From Rhodothermales bacterium (GTDB lineage Bacteria > Bacteroidota > Rhodothermia > Rhodothermales > VXPQ01): DNA of 46,271 nt. The position numbers and the translations under genes were made by a program. The stretch is from contig JBBDTI010000027.1 in assembly GCA_040904565.1 (NCBI GenBank), forward strand, positions 1-46,271, in the 5' to 3' direction. A model generated the notes under the pieces. It saw only the letters and a list, made by a program, of their open reading frames with translations. It ran no database searches and was not told the DNA's origin. This document shows, piece by piece, positions 27,800 through 37,198 of the stretch. Within the stretch, counting starts at the first letter, position 1. Each line of letters starts with the position of its first letter.

Positions 27800-29611
27800 T
27801 CACTGCGGGCTGTGCTCCGGCTGTACGACGACGAGCCCCCACCACTCCGGTCGGCGCGGAGCCTGATCGCCGAAATCACCGTAGGCGTGCGAAAAGTCGG
27901 TCTTGAAGTGTGCGGCGTACTCTCCGGCAGGCAGCGAGAGCGTTCCGTCGAACATACGGTTCCGATCGTCCCCGCCGGCCGGAACGGTATTCTGCCAGGT
28001 CATCTGCCACACGATCTCCCCCGTCTCGACGTTTTCGATCCACCCGTAATCATAGGGCGCCGCCGTCAGCGAGATCTCGCCCACGCCGCGAAGCCGGAGG
28101 AGCTGCGGTTCCTCTAGCTTAAAGGTCCTCGAAACCCGGCTGTCATTTCCCAGTCGCGTCAGATTGACGAGCGTCTCGCCCGGCAACGCACCGTTCGGCG
28201 CGGGCGGCGTGGGCGAGACGCTGACGTCGGCACGCTCCGACTCTCCGAGATCTTCGTGCGAGCTACCCAGTACTTCGACGACGGTCGAATCCACGTCGCC
28301 CGCGACGGGGAAGATCGTCACCCCCCAACGTTCGGGATATTCGGGACGACCGTGGCGCCAGGATTCGTAGGAATGGGACTCGTCCGTTTCGTAGGTCGCA
28401 GTGTACGTGCTTGGCTCCAGCGTCAGGATGGCCAGCTCCCGGCGGTTGTTGCTCCCACCTGCAGGCTGCGAGCGCTCCGGCGTCATCTCCCAGACGACGG
28501 CCTGCGACTCATTGTCACGGATCCACGCGTAGTCGTACCTGCCGTTGCTCCCGAGCTCACCCAACGCGTAGGCCGCAAGCTGCACGGGCTCGTGGACGCG
28601 GAACTGTACGCTGTGCCGCTCATCGTCTCCTACACGGTCGATCTGGACGATAGGTGTACGGGTCGACCACGGATCGAAGGATGATATGGCGTGCTGGGCG
28701 TCGGAGTACAGCGTCATGCCCCATCCGGCGGGGTCGAAGGGTGGATTGCCGACCCAATCATCGAAATTCTGGCGCGGATCGGTTTCGAACGCGGCCCGGT
28801 ACATGGCCGGCGACAGCGACACGGCGCCGTCGAACAACCGATTCACGTCCCATCCGCCGGCATGCCGCGTATTTTCGGCCGTCATCTCCCAAACTCGTTC
28901 GCCCGTCGCCGCATTCTCGATCCAACCGTGGTCCATCAGCCGATCATTGATCTCGCCAATGGCGTAGATCCGAACGTCCAAGGGATCGTCGACGTGAAAG
29001 ACGAACTCACCAGACTCGTTACCTCGCATGGGTGCCGTGCTCCAGAGCCGTCCCGTTCCACCGGGAGACAGTGCTTCGTCGGATACGTCGCCGATGCGGT
29101 GAAGGGCGTCTTCGGATCCCGTCATACCGCGAAGTACAAACCTCCAATTCCCGGCGTCTCCCCTCCACTGCGCATCGTCACCCAGCAGCCGATCCAGAAA
29201 CGATATCCCGAAACGACGGCTCGATCGATTGCCGTAGGTAGTATAAAAGACGTCGTACGTGCCCGGCGCGAGGGCGACCGTGTCTCGAACGCGAGCGAGC
29301 GTCGACCGCTCGCGACCGACGCTGGAGGGAGTCATCTTCCAAACCACCTCTCGATCGTCGCGCCGCAGAATCCATCCATAGGCGGCCAGATCCGACGCCT
29401 CGTCCGACTCAAACGAGCCGACCGCGTCGATCGAGACGCGACTCTCCCGATCCGCCACGACGGCTTCGTGAACCAGGTCGAGCTCCGCGATGTCGGTGAG
29501 AACGACGAGTCCCTCAGGAGGCGGTGGTCCCTCGATCACGCGATAGGCAAGCAGAAGCGTAACTGCGGCGAGCAGCAGGAGCTCCAGGCGAACAATCTTT
29601 GATCTACTCAT
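27800..29611 (-). CDS. Membrane-anchored exported protein with four ~115-aa beta-rich repeats, function unknown
   Basis: N-terminal hydrophobic anchor, then four repeats of GE..(D)YGWI..VWEMT..AGG..NR..L.PG.Y...TD..H.Y..W..WG. Start placed at ATG 29611. Confidence 0.85.
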   Translation of the reverse strand: MSRSKIVRLELLLLAAVTLLLAYRVIEGPPPPEGLVVLTDIAELDLVHEAVVADRESRVSIDAVGSFESDEASDLAAYGWILRRDDREVVWKMTPSSVGRERSTLARVRDTVALAPGTYDVFYTTYGNRSSRRFGISFLDRLLGDDAQWRGDAGNWRFVLRGMTGSEDALHRIGDVSDEALSPGGTGRLWSTAPMRGNESGEFVFHVDDPLDVRIYAIGEINDRLMDHGWIENAATGERVWEMTAENTRHAGGWDVNRLFDGAVSLSPAMYRAAFETDPRQNFDDWVGNPPFDPAGWGMTLYSDAQHAISSFDPWSTRTPIVQIDRVGDDERHSVQFRVHEPVQLAAYALGELGSNGRYDYAWIRDNESQAVVWEMTPERSQPAGGSNNRRELAILTLEPSTYTATYETDESHSYESWRHGRPEYPERWGVTIFPVAGDVDSTVVEVLGSSHEDLGESERADVSVSPTPPAPNGALPGETLVNLTRLGNDSRVSRTFKLEEPQLLRLRGVGEISLTAAPYDYGWIENVETGEIVWQMTWQNTVPAGGDDRNRMFDGTLSLPAGEYAAHFKTDFSHAYGDFGDQAPRRPEWWGLVVVQPEHSPQ

Positions 29612-29854
29612 GAGGGCAATCGACGTATAGGCGTGCGGAATCGTGTACGCAGGCACTATCTAGAAGTTACTTAGTACCTCGCGACATGATCGACGGCATG
29701 GACCGCGATCGCGGTACGCTCCAGATCGGCGTTGTAACATATCCAGGTGATTTTAGTAGTATAGCAGACACATTCTGGACGGCCCGAAAGGGCTGTTCCG
29801 CGGCCTGAATTGGAACCACGCTTACTCGCCCCCGGCCGGCCGCCTGCGGTGCCT

Positions 29855-32098
29855 ATGCTCTCCAACCTGATCTCAAAAGCTCCTCAGGGGCCCTTTGCGT
29901 CCTCTCTGCAGAGCAGAGGACGGCGGATCTTTATTGCCGTCGTCGCGGCTGTGTGTTACGTCGCGAGCGTAGTGTTCAACGTGATCGAATGGCAATCGGC
30001 CGAGCCGTTCTCCGTCGTGACGGAGACGGCCTACCACGTCGTGGTGATATGCGGCTACGTCTTTCTCTGGTTTCTGCTATCGTACGTCTTTAAGCAGCGC
30101 CAGGTGGGGCCGCTCAAGATCTTCTGGACGACGCTCGTCGTGGCGTTGATCTTCGTCGTCGTCACGCGGCTGATCCTGGGTGTGACGCTACCGGCCGGAG
30201 TAGACATCGACTCGACCACGCTCGGATTCGAGTACGGGACGGGCGTGCCGCTAACGCTCGCGACGGTCGTCAAGATGAACGTAATCAGCCTCTTCCAGGC
30301 GCTCTTCGTCTTCTACCTCCTCCTCCGGTTTCGCGACCTCGTTCTCTTCAAGCGGACGAAGCGCAGCCAGCGGAACTGGTATTTGATGCTCGCCTTCATG
30401 GGCATCGCGTCGCTGTCTGCGATCGGCAAGGATCCATCAACCGAGATCGATCTCATTCAGGGGCTTGCCGTCGTACCGGCGGTGATCCTCATGGCGATCA
30501 ATTCCTTCCGGGTGTCGTGGATCGTCTATCTGTCATTCCGCGAGAAGGCGGCCGGTATTGGGTTGTCGATCCTCCTGATGATCCTGCTGGGCATCTGTCT
30601 TTCGTCGAGCGAAGCGCTTGCCGGACTCGAAGCGTACCTGCGGCACTACAGTTATCCGCTTCAGCTCTTTACGGAGCTGACGATCGCCTTCGGACTCCTC
30701 TACGGGGTCACGTCATTTCTTTTTCTCATCTTTCACCTGCCGACTACGAGCGACTTTCAGCGTAAGGCGGGTGAGGTGACGGCCATGCATTCGCTGACGA
30801 ATCTCGTCAGCCAGGTCTTTGACCCCGACAAGCTGTATGCCTCGATCACGGCCACACCGGTTGATGCCGGCACGGCACAGATGGCCTGGCTTGCCCTGGC
30901 CGACGTGCGCAGCGGAACGCTTCGGCCCCGGATCGTGTCCGCCTACAACACAACGGTCGATGCTATTGAGGAAATGGTCGACGTGCAGTCCCTCTACGAA
31001 GAGCTCGACGCACGGAAGGCGCCGGTCACGATCGACGAGGCCGCCGCGGACCATCGCATTAACGAGCGGCCCGGCGGCCTGATAGGCAGCGTATTGATGA
31101 CGCCCCTGCTCTCTCGCAACGAGATGCTGGGCGGGCTGTTCGTCGCGAAGGACGTGATGCAGGGCTTCGAGAAGGACGACGTGGAGGCCATCAGCGTCTA
31201 CGCGGCGCAGGCCGCCATCGCGCTGGAAAATGCCCGTCTCTTTGAGGAGCAGCTGGAAAAAGAGCGTCTTTCTCGCGAACTGGATATCGCGCGCGAGGTG
31301 CAGAAGAAGCTCCTCCCGCACACGCTTCCTCAACTGCGCGGGCTCACCATTGCCGCCTCGAGCGTCTCGGCGCATGAGGTCGGCGGCGACTATTACGATT
31401 TTCTGGAGCTCGACGACGACCGCCTGGCATTCATCATTGCCGACGTGTCGGGGAAGGGGACGTCGGCTGCCTTCTACATGGCGGAACTGCAGGGCATCTT
31501 TCGATCCGTCAGCCGGCTCGTATCGACGCCGGCCGACTTCCTCGAGCACGCTAACCTGGCGCTTGCCTCCGCCCTCGAGCGGCACGTCTTCGTCTCCGTC
31601 ATTTACGGGATCGTGGACGTGGAGAAGGAAGAGATCGTGCTGGCGCGCGGCGGCCACTGTCCGGCCGCCATGATCAGTCTGGATGGAGAGGCACGGTTCA
31701 TTCGCACCCAGGGCCTGGGCCTGGGCCTGGACCGGACCGAGCTGTTCCGCCGGTCGCTCGTCGAGAAGCGCATCCGCCTCCAGCCCGGAGACGTATTCAC
31801 GCTCTACACGGACGGCGTCGTCGAGAGTCGGAATCGAGACGGCAGCGAATACGGCTACGACCGTCTGCTGGACGCGTTGAAGACCTATCGCCACGAAGAC
31901 GCTCCGGAGCTCCACGAGTCGTTACTGGAAGACCTCGATAACTTTCTCGAGGAGACGGAGTACGACGACGACCTCACGCTTGTAGTATTGAAGTGGCACG
32001 GTCTAAAGGTCGCCGAGATGGCCGCGGCGGAGGACCCGCGCGCTGCCTCGCGATCGACCATCAGCGGCCGGACGCAGCATCGCATTCAAAGTGACTAA
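29855..32098 (+). CDS. Membrane sensor with GAF and SpoIIE/PP2C phosphatase domains (RsbU-like)
   Basis: About 8 TM helices, GAF domain ending AIALENARL, then ELDIAREVQ, EVGGDYYD, IADVSGKG, YTDGVVE, DDLT. Confidence 0.92.
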   Translation: MLSNLISKAPQGPFASSLQSRGRRIFIAVVAAVCYVASVVFNVIEWQSAEPFSVVTETAYHVVVICGYVFLWFLLSYVFKQRQVGPLKIFWTTLVVALIFVVVTRLILGVTLPAGVDIDSTTLGFEYGTGVPLTLATVVKMNVISLFQALFVFYLLLRFRDLVLFKRTKRSQRNWYLMLAFMGIASLSAIGKDPSTEIDLIQGLAVVPAVILMAINSFRVSWIVYLSFREKAAGIGLSILLMILLGICLSSSEALAGLEAYLRHYSYPLQLFTELTIAFGLLYGVTSFLFLIFHLPTTSDFQRKAGEVTAMHSLTNLVSQVFDPDKLYASITATPVDAGTAQMAWLALADVRSGTLRPRIVSAYNTTVDAIEEMVDVQSLYEELDARKAPVTIDEAAADHRINERPGGLIGSVLMTPLLSRNEMLGGLFVAKDVMQGFEKDDVEAISVYAAQAAIALENARLFEEQLEKERLSRELDIAREVQKKLLPHTLPQLRGLTIAASSVSAHEVGGDYYDFLELDDDRLAFIIADVSGKGTSAAFYMAELQGIFRSVSRLVSTPADFLEHANLALASALERHVFVSVIYGIVDVEKEEIVLARGGHCPAAMISLDGEARFIRTQGLGLGLDRTELFRRSLVEKRIRLQPGDVFTLYTDGVVESRNRDGSEYGYDRLLDALKTYRHEDAPELHESLLEDLDNFLEETEYDDDLTLVVLKWHGLKVAEMAAAEDPRAASRSTISGRTQHRIQSD

Positions 32099-32110
32099 AC
32101 CCTTGAGAAC

Positions 32111-32476
32111 ATGAGCAACTTCTCCGTTGGATTTCGCGACACCGATTCCGTTCAGATCCTGGACCTGAAGGGAGAGCTCGACGCACACACGGCGTCAGAG
32201 CTCGAGGCGGCCCTTCAAAAATGCCAGGCGGACGAACGATATCGCATCATCGTTAACGGCACCGACCTGCAATACATCTCCAGCGCGGGACTGGGGGTCT
32301 TCATGGCCTACATCGAGGAAGTGCGTGAGGAGGGCGGAGACATCAAAATCGCCTCGCTTCAACCAAAGGTTTTTAACGTCTTCGATCTATTGGGCTTTCC
32401 CATGCTGTTCGACATCCTCGATACGGAGGACGAGGCGCTGAAGAAGTTTGAGCGGGACGGGACGGCAAGCGCCTGA
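32111..32476 (+). CDS. STAS domain anti-sigma factor antagonist (RsbV-like)
   Basis: LKGELDAHT, YISSAGLGV (phospho-Ser site), VFDLLG. Confidence 0.93.
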   Translation: MSNFSVGFRDTDSVQILDLKGELDAHTASELEAALQKCQADERYRIIVNGTDLQYISSAGLGVFMAYIEEVREEGGDIKIASLQPKVFNVFDLLGFPMLFDILDTEDEALKKFERDGTASA

Positions 32477-32514
32477 TATCTCCCCGATAATCCACGTTAT
32501 TTGATTCGACCGTC

Positions 32515-32952
32515 GTGTCTCGATCCGTCTACACGCTTAGCATTCCGAGTTCTACGAGCCACCTGAGTGAGGTGCGTGAGTTCGTGGCCGGGCACGCGCG
32601 CGAGGCGGACTTTGGGGAAGACGACGTCGAGCAGTTTAAAATCGCGGTGGACGAGGCCTGTACGAATATCATCAAGCACGCTTACAACGGAGACGTCGAC
32701 CGCCAGATCGATCTCGCCATCATCGTCGACGAAGATCGCTTTACGGTTCGGATTCGGGACGAGGGCCACTCGTTCCGTCCGCGGATGTACACGGAGCCGG
32801 ACATCTTCAAGTTCGCGGAAAGCCGGCGCGCGGGGGGGTTCGGCGTTCACATCATGCGACGCCTGATGGACAGAGTGGAATACAGCTCAAAAGGCGACGT
32901 GAACGAGGTGCTGCTGACCAAATTCAGAAACGGGGAGAAGCCGGACGGCTAG
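32515..32952 (+). CDS. Anti-sigma factor / Ser kinase (RsbW-like HATPase_c_2)
   Basis: AVDEACTNIIKHAY, IRDEG, GGFGVHIMRRLMD. Confidence 0.92.
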   Translation: MSRSVYTLSIPSSTSHLSEVREFVAGHAREADFGEDDVEQFKIAVDEACTNIIKHAYNGDVDRQIDLAIIVDEDRFTVRIRDEGHSFRPRMYTEPDIFKFAESRRAGGFGVHIMRRLMDRVEYSSKGDVNEVLLTKFRNGEKPDG

Positions 32953-33707
32953 CGTGCCCTTCTCCCCTTGTACAGTGAGGCAATGCCGAACGTCAACGGC
33001 TTCACCAACACCCCCTCGTAGCCGGCATCGCGCATCTCCTGCCGGAATGCATCTCCCGACGGAAACACGTCCACCGAGGCGGGTAGATACTCGTAGGCGG
33101 CCGAATTATTCGAGAGCAGCCGTCCAATTACGGGAAGCACGACGTGCGAATAGAACGAGTACGCCTGCTTGATAGGGAAGGCCGTGGGATGAGAAAATTC
33201 GAGGACGACGAGAGCCCCGCCCGGCTTCAGCACGCGCCGGATCTCGCGGAGTCCGTCCTGCAGGTTTTCAAAGTTTCGGACGCCGAATGCTACCAGTGCG
33301 GCATCGAATTGTCGATCCGAGAACGGAAGCCTGGCCGCATCCCCACGTCGCAGCGTGATGATCGATTCACGTCCGATCCGCTCGACCTTCCGCCTCCCCT
33401 GCACCAACATCTCCTCGGAGATGTCGACGCCTACGATGGCGTCCGGCTCGAGATCGAGGGCCTTGATGGCCAGGTCGCCCGTACCGGTAGCCACGTCAAG
33501 GATTCTCCGTGGCCGGTCGTCCTCGAGCCAGGCGATGGCCCGGTCGCGCCAGATCTGATCGATCCCGAAGCTGAGAATTCGATTCAGCAGGTCGTACCGC
33601 GGTGCGATATCGTCGAACATCGCCTCGACGGCTTCGCGTTTTCCGGGGGCTTGTCCGGGCGGCGGTGAGGTGGACTCCCGCGACGGTGAGTTCGGCGGCG
33701 TGGTCAT
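32949..33707 (-). CDS. menG: Demethylmenaquinone methyltransferase (UbiE/MenG)
   Basis: MFDDIAPRYDLLN, LDVATGTGD, AFGVRNF, VLEFS, AYEYLPASV. Start placed at ATG 33707. Confidence 0.95.
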   Translation of the reverse strand: MTTPPNSPSRESTSPPPGQAPGKREAVEAMFDDIAPRYDLLNRILSFGIDQIWRDRAIAWLEDDRPRRILDVATGTGDLAIKALDLEPDAIVGVDISEEMLVQGRRKVERIGRESIITLRRGDAARLPFSDRQFDAALVAFGVRNFENLQDGLREIRRVLKPGGALVVLEFSHPTAFPIKQAYSFYSHVVLPVIGRLLSNNSAAYEYLPASVDVFPSGDAFRQEMRDAGYEGVLVKPLTFGIASLYKGRRAR

Positions 33708-33712
33708 GACGA

Positions 33713-34696
33713 TCAGCTGAGCATCTGTGTGAGTCGGAGGAGCTCGTAGTTGATGTTCTTCTTGCGGCTCCACACGTTACGCAGCGGCGTCAGCTTCGTC
33801 TCGTTGTTGACGAGCCCCACCATGACGTTCTCATGGCCGTCCATGAGTGCTTCGACGGCAGCCGCACCCAGCCGGCTGGCCAGCACGCGGTCGCGGGCGG
33901 TCGGCGACCCGCCGCGCTGCGTATGCCCGAGGATGCAGACCCGAAGATCGATCTTGTTGAATGCCTCATCCTCGCGTAGCACCTGCTCGATGTGATGTGC
34001 GCCGCCATGTTCGTCGCCCTCAGCCACGACGACGATGGACGAGCGCAGCTGCGCCGTCATAAGGGAAAGGATGCGCGTCTTGATGTCCTCCATCTCCGTA
34101 AAGGTCTCGGGTACGAGCACGAGCTCCGCCCCTCCCCCGATGCCGCTGTTGAGCGCGATGAATCCGGCATCCCGGCCCATGACCTCGACGAGAAACAGCC
34201 GGTCGTGCGCGTCGGCCGTATCGCGGATGCGGTCGATGTTGTCGATGGCCGTGTTGAGCGCCGTGTCGTAGCCGATCGTTTCATCCGTCCCGAAGAGATC
34301 GTTGTCGATCGTACCGGGACATCCGACCATCGGAATATCGTGCTCTTCCTGCAGCAGAGCCGCTCCCCGAAACGTACCGTCGCCCCCGATACCGATGAGC
34401 GCATCGATGCCGTTCTCACGGAGTGATTCGGCGGCCTGGGCACGGCCCTCCGGCGTACGAAACCGATCGGAACGGGCACTTTTGAGGATCGTGCCGCCCT
34501 GCTGCACGATGTTGGACACGGAGCGGCCGTCCATCTCAACGAGTTCGCCTTCGATCATGCCCGCGTAGCCTCGACGGACGCCCATCACTTCGAGATCGTT
34601 GGCCACGGCGGTGCGAACGATCGCACGGAGGCACGCATTCATGCCCGGCGCATCCCCGCCGCTCGTATATACGCCGATTCGTCTTGGGTTGACCAT
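33713..34696 (-). CDS. pfkA: ATP-dependent 6-phosphofructokinase
   Basis: TSGGDAPGMN, GGDGT, PGTIDND, VEVMGR, LGHTQRGG. Confidence 0.97.
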   Translation of the reverse strand: MVNPRRIGVYTSGGDAPGMNACLRAIVRTAVANDLEVMGVRRGYAGMIEGELVEMDGRSVSNIVQQGGTILKSARSDRFRTPEGRAQAAESLRENGIDALIGIGGDGTFRGAALLQEEHDIPMVGCPGTIDNDLFGTDETIGYDTALNTAIDNIDRIRDTADAHDRLFLVEVMGRDAGFIALNSGIGGGAELVLVPETFTEMEDIKTRILSLMTAQLRSSIVVVAEGDEHGGAHHIEQVLREDEAFNKIDLRVCILGHTQRGGSPTARDRVLASRLGAAAVEALMDGHENVMVGLVNNETKLTPLRNVWSRKKNINYELLRLTQMLS

Positions 34697-34861
34697 GTAG
34701 CAATCAGGCTGTTCGAATGACTGTAGGCGGATCGACGCAAGCGAACGACCGGAAAGTACGTTGCCGAACTTACGTTCTCGACTCGATCTCGTCGAGCCCG
34801 CATTTTATACTCGTCCGAGCCGCGATGCCCTCAAGGAAGGATTGAAGATCCGGCGAAACTT

Positions 34862-35464
34862 TCACGCGTCCGGCCACCATCGGGTCGAGCGATCCACGGC
34901 GGCGTCGAGCAGCACTTCGTAACGATCCCTCGGAACCTCCACGACGCCGAACTGCTCCAGATGCGGCGTGGAATACTGCGTATCGAGCAGCGTAAAGTCC
35001 CCCCGGCGCAGCTGCCGAACCAGGTGGACGAGCGCCACTTTCGACGCATTGCTCACGCGAGAAAACATGGACTCCCCGAAGAATGCCCCCCCGATCGCCA
35101 CGCCGTAGAGTCCGCCAGCAAGCTTCCCCTCCTGCCGGCATTCCACGCTATGGGCATACCCCATCTCGTGGAGCTCCGTATACACCTGGATGATCTCTTC
35201 CGAAATCCACGTCGTCTTACGGTCGGCACACGCTCGAATGACCGCTTCAAAGGCGCTGTCGCTGTCGACCTCGAAGACGCCTCGATCCACCACTTTACCG
35301 AGGTTGGCCGGAACGTGAAAGCCATCGAGGGGAAGGATCGCCCGCGGATCCGGCGCATACCAACCGATGGCATCATTGCGGCGCGAATCGGCCATGGGGA
35401 AGACCCCCATTCGATACGCGTGGAGTACCATCTCCGGCGTGACCCTCGCATCCCGCTCCGACAT
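34862..35464 (-). CDS. aat: Leucyl/phenylalanyl-tRNA-protein transferase
   Basis: AYRMGVFPM, PDPRAIL, TWI, AHSVE, GGLYGV..GGAFFGESMFS, ASKVAL. Confidence 0.95.
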   Translation of the reverse strand: MSERDARVTPEMVLHAYRMGVFPMADSRRNDAIGWYAPDPRAILPLDGFHVPANLGKVVDRGVFEVDSDSAFEAVIRACADRKTTWISEEIIQVYTELHEMGYAHSVECRQEGKLAGGLYGVAIGGAFFGESMFSRVSNASKVALVHLVRQLRRGDFTLLDTQYSTPHLEQFGVVEVPRDRYEVLLDAAVDRSTRWWPDA

Positions 35465-35573
35465 CTCCTTCCCGCGATGGCCCCGTGTACCTGCGTTGTC
35501 TGCGTCCTACATTGTATATCACTATTGTATATCGCGACGTCGCATACGATCCACAACAGATTTCGAACCAGCG

Positions 35574-36098
35574 GTGAAGCATTCAGCACGCGGAGGTGCG
35601 TTCAGGCGATTTCAGACCGAAGCGGGCAGGACGACGCGTGAGGTGACGGTCGACGGCGGGACGGTTACCATCGACGGGCGGTCCGTACCGGTTGCCTACA
35701 AGCGACTGACGGATCGGCGCATCTGGCTTCTTATCGATGGCCGGAGCTACGATGCCATCGTGCTGGATGAAGACGAAGACGGCACCCGCATACAGGTGGG
35801 ACGACGCGAGTTTTACGTTCGCCTCAAGAACGAAAGAGATCTGCTCCTTGAGAAATTTGGGCTGGCTTCGGTTGCCGAATCGGACGTCCGTGAAATTCGT
35901 GCGCCGATGCCCGGGCTCGTGTTGTCGGTTAGGGTTGAGGCCGGCCAGAAGGTAGACGGCGGCGGCGGCCTGCTGGTGCTGGAAGCCATGAAGATGGAAA
36001 ATGAAATCCGCGCGGATCGAAGCGGCACCGTGAAGACCGTTCACGTACAGCCGGGCGACGGCGTCGGAAAGGGAGACCTGTTGATCGAGATGGAGTAG
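35574..36098 (+). CDS. Biotin carboxyl carrier (biotin/lipoyl attachment) protein
   Basis: IRAPMPG and the biotinylation motif LEAMKMENEI. Start uncertain; GTG 35574 chosen. Confidence 0.88.
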   Translation: MKHSARGGAFRRFQTEAGRTTREVTVDGGTVTIDGRSVPVAYKRLTDRRIWLLIDGRSYDAIVLDEDEDGTRIQVGRREFYVRLKNERDLLLEKFGLASVAESDVREIRAPMPGLVLSVRVEAGQKVDGGGGLLVLEAMKMENEIRADRSGTVKTVHVQPGDGVGKGDLLIEME

Positions 36099-36202
36099 CG
36101 ATGGGCTCCGCGCCGGAATCCTTCCGCGATTAGACCGTTGAAAGGAGGGGCCGGAGCGGATCCGCACGTCAATGCACGTCACAATGTAGACCCCTCACGT
36201 CC

Positions 36203-37198
36203 ATGTCCACCGTACTGGTTACCGGCGCTACCGGGTTTCTGGGGTCGTCCCTGACGCGAAGGCTGCTCGACGAGGGATTTCGCGTGCGCATCCTCCGTCG
36301 CCCCACGTCACGTCTCGACCTCCTGGGTGACGCCGCCCGGCGGGTCGAGCACATCGTCGGCGAGATCGATGATGCCATAGCCGTCGATGATGCCGCAGCC
36401 GGCATCGATCGCATCTTCCACGCCGCCGCCTGCGTGGGCTTCGGCGGCGGACGCCATATCGATCGCCTGATGCGGGTCAATGTAGACGGAACGGCAACCG
36501 TGGTGAACGCGGCCCTCAAACACGACGTGGACCGGCTGCTTCACGTCTCCTCCATGGCGGCCTTCGGGCGGCCGGATAGCTCCGACGCTCTCATAGACGA
36601 ACGGACGGAATGGCAGCGGTCCAAGGCCAACTCGGCGTATGCGCATTCCAAATACCTGGCCGAGCTGGAAGTGCGAAGGGGCATCGCGGAAGGGCTGAAT
36701 GCGGTGATCATCAACCCCGCCCTCATCTTCGGTACGGGGCGACAGGGCGAAAACACGCGCCGGATCGTGGACCGCGTACGGCAGGAACGCCTTCCAGCCG
36801 TACCGACGGGCGGAACGAACGTCGTTGACGTCCGCGACGTCGTACGCGGTGCCCTGCTCGCGATGGAGTGCGCCGAGGTAGGCGAGCGGTACTTCCTTGG
36901 AAGCGAGAACCTCTCCTGGGAGGCCATCATCGACGAGCTCTGTGCGGCGTTCGGCGTGTCCACACCACGATTCAGGCTGCACGCGAAGCCCGCCATGATT
37001 CTGGCCTATCTATCGGAAGGGTTCAGCCTCGTAACGGGCACCGAACCACTCCTCACGCGCGAGACGGCGCGTACGATTTCCAGGCACTACCGGTATGACA
37101 ACACGAAGGCGGGAGAGGTGCTCGACTGGCACCCGCGGCCATTCAGCGAGACGGCCCGGCACCTTGCCGATTCGGTCGAGGATTCACCAGGGTCGTAG
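36203..37198 (+). CDS. NAD-dependent epimerase/dehydratase (extended SDR, DFR/HpnA-like)
   Basis: VTGATGFLG, HAAA, HVSS, YAHSK (YxxxK), VDVRDV. Confidence 0.92.
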   Translation: MSTVLVTGATGFLGSSLTRRLLDEGFRVRILRRPTSRLDLLGDAARRVEHIVGEIDDAIAVDDAAAGIDRIFHAAACVGFGGGRHIDRLMRVNVDGTATVVNAALKHDVDRLLHVSSMAAFGRPDSSDALIDERTEWQRSKANSAYAHSKYLAELEVRRGIAEGLNAVIINPALIFGTGRQGENTRRIVDRVRQERLPAVPTGGTNVVDVRDVVRGALLAMECAEVGERYFLGSENLSWEAIIDELCAAFGVSTPRFRLHAKPAMILAYLSEGFSLVTGTEPLLTRETARTISRHYRYDNTKAGEVLDWHPRPFSETARHLADSVEDSPGS

